Shown piece by piece: positions 61,633 to 64,000 of a DNA stretch of 64,000 nt. Below the pieces are notes generated by a model, which saw nothing but the letters and a program-made list of their open reading frames with translations, was not told where the DNA came from and searched no databases. Within the stretch, counting starts at the first letter, position 1. Each line of letters starts with the position of its first letter. Both the position numbers and the translations under genes were made by a program. This DNA comes from an uncultured Actinomycetota bacterium (GTDB lineage: Bacteria; Actinomycetota; Actinomycetes; JAHEKZ01), in contig CAWHIJ010000003.1 of NCBI GenBank assembly GCA_963829525.1, positions 1,632,001-1,696,000 on the forward strand, read 5' to 3'.

Positions 61633-62022
61633 GTGACATCAGCAGGCAAGCAGGGGCAAGGACAGGCGACTAACCTCGCCGCCGATCCGGTGAACGAGGT
61701 CCGGCTGTGTGGGCGGCTCGCCGCCGCACCCGAGGAGAGAGTTCTGCCGAGCGGGGATGCCCTCGTCACCTTTCGGCTCGTCGTCTCACGGCCAGCGAGC
61801 CGCCGGAGGGGACCGGCTGGCGGACGGGTTCCCTCGGTTGACACGATCGACTGCTCAGCCTGGGGTGCTGCTCTTCGGCGCCGCGTGGGGAACTGGGCAG
61901 CCGGCGACATCGTCACGGTGGAGGGCGCTCTTCGGCGACGGTTCTGGCATTCAGCAGCGGGGGCCCGCAGCCGCTATGACGTTGAGGTGGTGAAGGCGAG
62001 TCGCCGGCGCCGTGCTGCTTGA
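61633..62022 (+). CDS. Single-stranded DNA-binding protein paralogue without acidic tail (SsbB-like)
   Basis: NEVRLCGRL..PEERVLPSGD..TFRLVV..DTIDCSAW..GDIVTVEGALRRRFW; basic C-terminus SRRRRAA; SD GGAGG before GTG 61633. Confidence 0.85.
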   Translation: MTSAGKQGQGQATNLAADPVNEVRLCGRLAAAPEERVLPSGDALVTFRLVVSRPASRRRGPAGGRVPSVDTIDCSAWGAALRRRVGNWAAGDIVTVEGALRRRFWHSAAGARSRYDVEVVKASRRRRAA

Positions 62023-62046
62023 GCGCGGGCAACCTACGATGAGCAG

Positions 62047-62483
62047 GTGACGGTCGAGGAGGGGCGCGGCGCCGACCTTCCGAGGCGGCCGGCGGGGATA
62101 TCTATGACTGGTACCGGCGCGGCGTCACACTCCTGGAGCAAGGACACCCGGCAGCCGCTGTTGAGCTCTTGACCAGGGTGGTGGTGTTCGAGCCGGAGGC
62201 CCGGCATGTCCGGGAGACCCTGGGCCGGGCCTACCTGGCGGTGGCTCGGTATCACGATGCCGAGCTCGAGTTCGCGCATCTTGTCGCTTCGCAGCCCGAT
62301 GACGACTACGCACATGTCGGTCTCGGGCTGGCGTGTGCCCGGCAAGGTCGATTTCGAGAGGCGTCCGAGCATCTGGCGCTTGCGGTGGCCATGCGCCCGG
62401 ACCGCGCGGACTACGTGCGCCCCCTCGAACAGGTGCGGGCGACCATCCGCGCGCAGACCGAGCGGCGCCAGCCACTAGCGTGA
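62047..62483 (+). CDS. Tetratricopeptide repeat protein (probable frameshift at ~62080)
   Basis: GDIYDWYRRGVTLLEQGHPAAAVELL..EP..VRETLGRAY..QPDDDYAHVGLGLA..HLALAVAMRP; adding one C at ~62080 joins it to a leaderless GTG at 62047. Confidence 0.75.
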
Positions 62484-62521
62484 CCGTTGCCCCGCACCGT
62501 CCACCTAGAGGAGTTGGCGTC

Positions 62522-62794
62522 ATGACCTCAGAGCCCGTCGATCAGGCCGCCCGCCCGCACGAGCCCGACCAGAGTGCCGAAGAAGTTGCGCAATCTGAGC
62601 TTGATCTCGGGGTGGTGTCGACGGGGTCGGTGGCGGTGGACCGAGCGCTCAGCCCGCTGGACGGGCTCGCTGAGCGCCCCGTGGCAGACCATGCCGAGAT
62701 CTTCGACCAGGTGCTCGGAGAACTTGCCGAAACGATGACCGGCCCTGAGGGAGCACCGGGTGGATCACCCATCGAGCCACCCGCAACGGACTGA
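62522..62794 (+). CDS. Small acidic hypothetical protein upstream of tlyA
   Basis: TGSVAVDRALSPLDGLAERPVADHAEIFDQV, resembling small proteins at this position in actinobacteria; SD GAGGAG. Confidence 0.65.
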   Translation: MTSEPVDQAARPHEPDQSAEEVAQSELDLGVVSTGSVAVDRALSPLDGLAERPVADHAEIFDQVLGELAETMTGPEGAPGGSPIEPPATD

Positions 62795-62810
62795 GGACGG
62801 CCCACACCTG

Positions 62811-63614
62811 ATGGTGCGCCGACGTCTTGACAGCGAGTTGGTGCGTCGGGGTCTCGCGCGCTCTCGGCAGCACGCCGCTGACCTTGTGGCCAACGGCCAG
62901 GTACGGGTCGGTGGCGCGGTTGCCCACAAGGTGGCCACGCAAGTGGATGCTGCTGCGGCACTGGTCGTCGCCCAACCAGCGGGTGAGGAGTCTTACGCCT
63001 CACGGGGAGCGACCAAACTCCTAGGGGCGCTACGCGTCTTCGTTCCCGATGGTTTGGTGGTCGCCGGTCGACGATGCCTCGACGCTGGTGCAAGCACCGG
63101 AGGATTCACTGACGTGCTCTTGCGGAACGGCGCCGCATCGGTGGTTGCGGTCGACGTCGGGTACGGCCAGTTGGATTGGCGGCTCCAGCAAGATCCGCGA
63201 GTTGTCGTACGTGATCGCACCAATGTCCGAGATCTCACCCCGGAGATGACCGGCGGACTGGTGGACCTGCTGGTTGCCGATCTGTCGTTCATCTCACTCC
63301 GGCTGGTGCTGGCAGCGTTCGGGCGGGTAACGACGCCCAGCGCCGACCTAGTGATGATGGTCAAGCCCCAGTTCGAGGTGGGGAGGGCGGCCCTGCCGTC
63401 GGGGGGCGTGGTTCGCGATCCGCTCCTTCGTCGCGATGCTGTCCTGCGCATTGGACGCGAGGCTGAGAACGCTGGCTGGGGGGCAAGGGGGGTAACCGCG
63501 AGCCCGTTGCCGGGGCCGGCGGGCAACGTCGAGTACTTTTTGTGGCTGAGCCGGGGTGCGAAGCCACTTGACCCGACGGCGGTGGACCGAGCAATCGAGG
63601 AGGGCCCGACGTGA
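62811..63614 (+). CDS. tlyA: TlyA rRNA 2'-O-methyltransferase
   Basis: RRLDSELVRRGLARSR, YASRG..KL, LDAGASTGGFTD, VDVGYGQL, DLSFISL, VKPQFE, SPLPGPAGNVEY. Confidence 0.96.
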   Translation: MVRRRLDSELVRRGLARSRQHAADLVANGQVRVGGAVAHKVATQVDAAAALVVAQPAGEESYASRGATKLLGALRVFVPDGLVVAGRRCLDAGASTGGFTDVLLRNGAASVVAVDVGYGQLDWRLQQDPRVVVRDRTNVRDLTPEMTGGLVDLLVADLSFISLRLVLAAFGRVTTPSADLVMMVKPQFEVGRAALPSGGVVRDPLLRRDAVLRIGREAENAGWGARGVTASPLPGPAGNVEYFLWLSRGAKPLDPTAVDRAIEEGPT

Positions 63615-64000
63615 CGGAGGAGAGGCGGCAGATTCTGCTGGTCACGCACACTGGGCGGACGTCGGCCACCGAAACTGCGCGCCGACTGGTCGGGCGCCTG
63701 CAGGAGGAAGACGTCGCAGTCCTGGCCCCTGCCGCCGAGGTCAGCGAGCTGGCCATCTCGGGCATGGGCGTATGGGGCGGTGACGAGACCGTTGAGCTGG
63801 TCGTGGTGGTGGGAGGTGACGGCACGATCTTGCGGGGGGCTGAACTGGCCCGAGCCGGACGCACCCCGTTGCTCGGGATCAATGTCGGTCGAGTTGGCTT
63901 CCTCGCCGAGGCCGAACAGCACGACATCGATCGGGTAGCTGAGCAGATCGTGGCCCGTGACTACTCCGTCGAGCCACGAGTGGCCGTCGAGGTCGACATC
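63611..64000 (+). CDS. nadK: NAD kinase (partial, runs off the window)
   Basis: Hand translation: LLVTHTGR..VVVGGDGTILRGAE..LLGINVGRVGFLAE. Confidence 0.93.
   Translation, partial: MTEERRQILLVTHTGRTSATETARRLVGRLQEEDVAVLAPAAEVSELAISGMGVWGGDETVELVVVVGGDGTILRGAELARAGRTPLLGINVGRVGFLAEAEQHDIDRVAEQIVARDYSVEPRVAVEVDI

Overview
High-GC actinobacterial (class Actinomycetes) chromosomal window made mostly of conserved core genes: pyk, bldD, pyrR-pyrB-pyrC-(Rv1382-like)-carAB-pyrK-pyrD-pyrF, mihF-gmk-rpoZ-coaBC-metK-priA-def-fmt-rsmB, rpe, an FMN riboswitch with ribD/E/BA/H, hisE-hisG, infC-rpmI-rplT, pheS-pheT, argCJBRGH (argD and argF absent), mpg, tyrS, a complete 16S-23S-5S rRNA operon, then tauE, ssb-like, tlyA and nadK. 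Accessory content: (i) two paralogous DUF222/HNH (13E12-type) genes, one preceded by a perfect LexA SOS box and the other by a perfect PafBC/RecA-NDp motif; (ii) a four-gene insert between rsmB and rpe (membrane diguanylate cyclase divergent from IMPase-IclR-PHP hydrolase) with a candidate BldD box in the divergent promoter; (iii) a C-terminally truncated sirtuin. Visible cis-elements include a double BldD operator, a PyrR-binding RNA, ARG boxes, an L20-leader-like RNA, a CymR/Rrf2-like palindrome and a DnaA box. Short tandem duplications recur at gene boundaries. Frameshifts clustered at 5.1-7.3 kb, plus single ones at 13.2 kb and 62.1 kb, look like assembly indel errors. No CRISPR array, tRNA, integrase or transposase was seen. 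All calls come from reading the sequence by eye; no database search was run.
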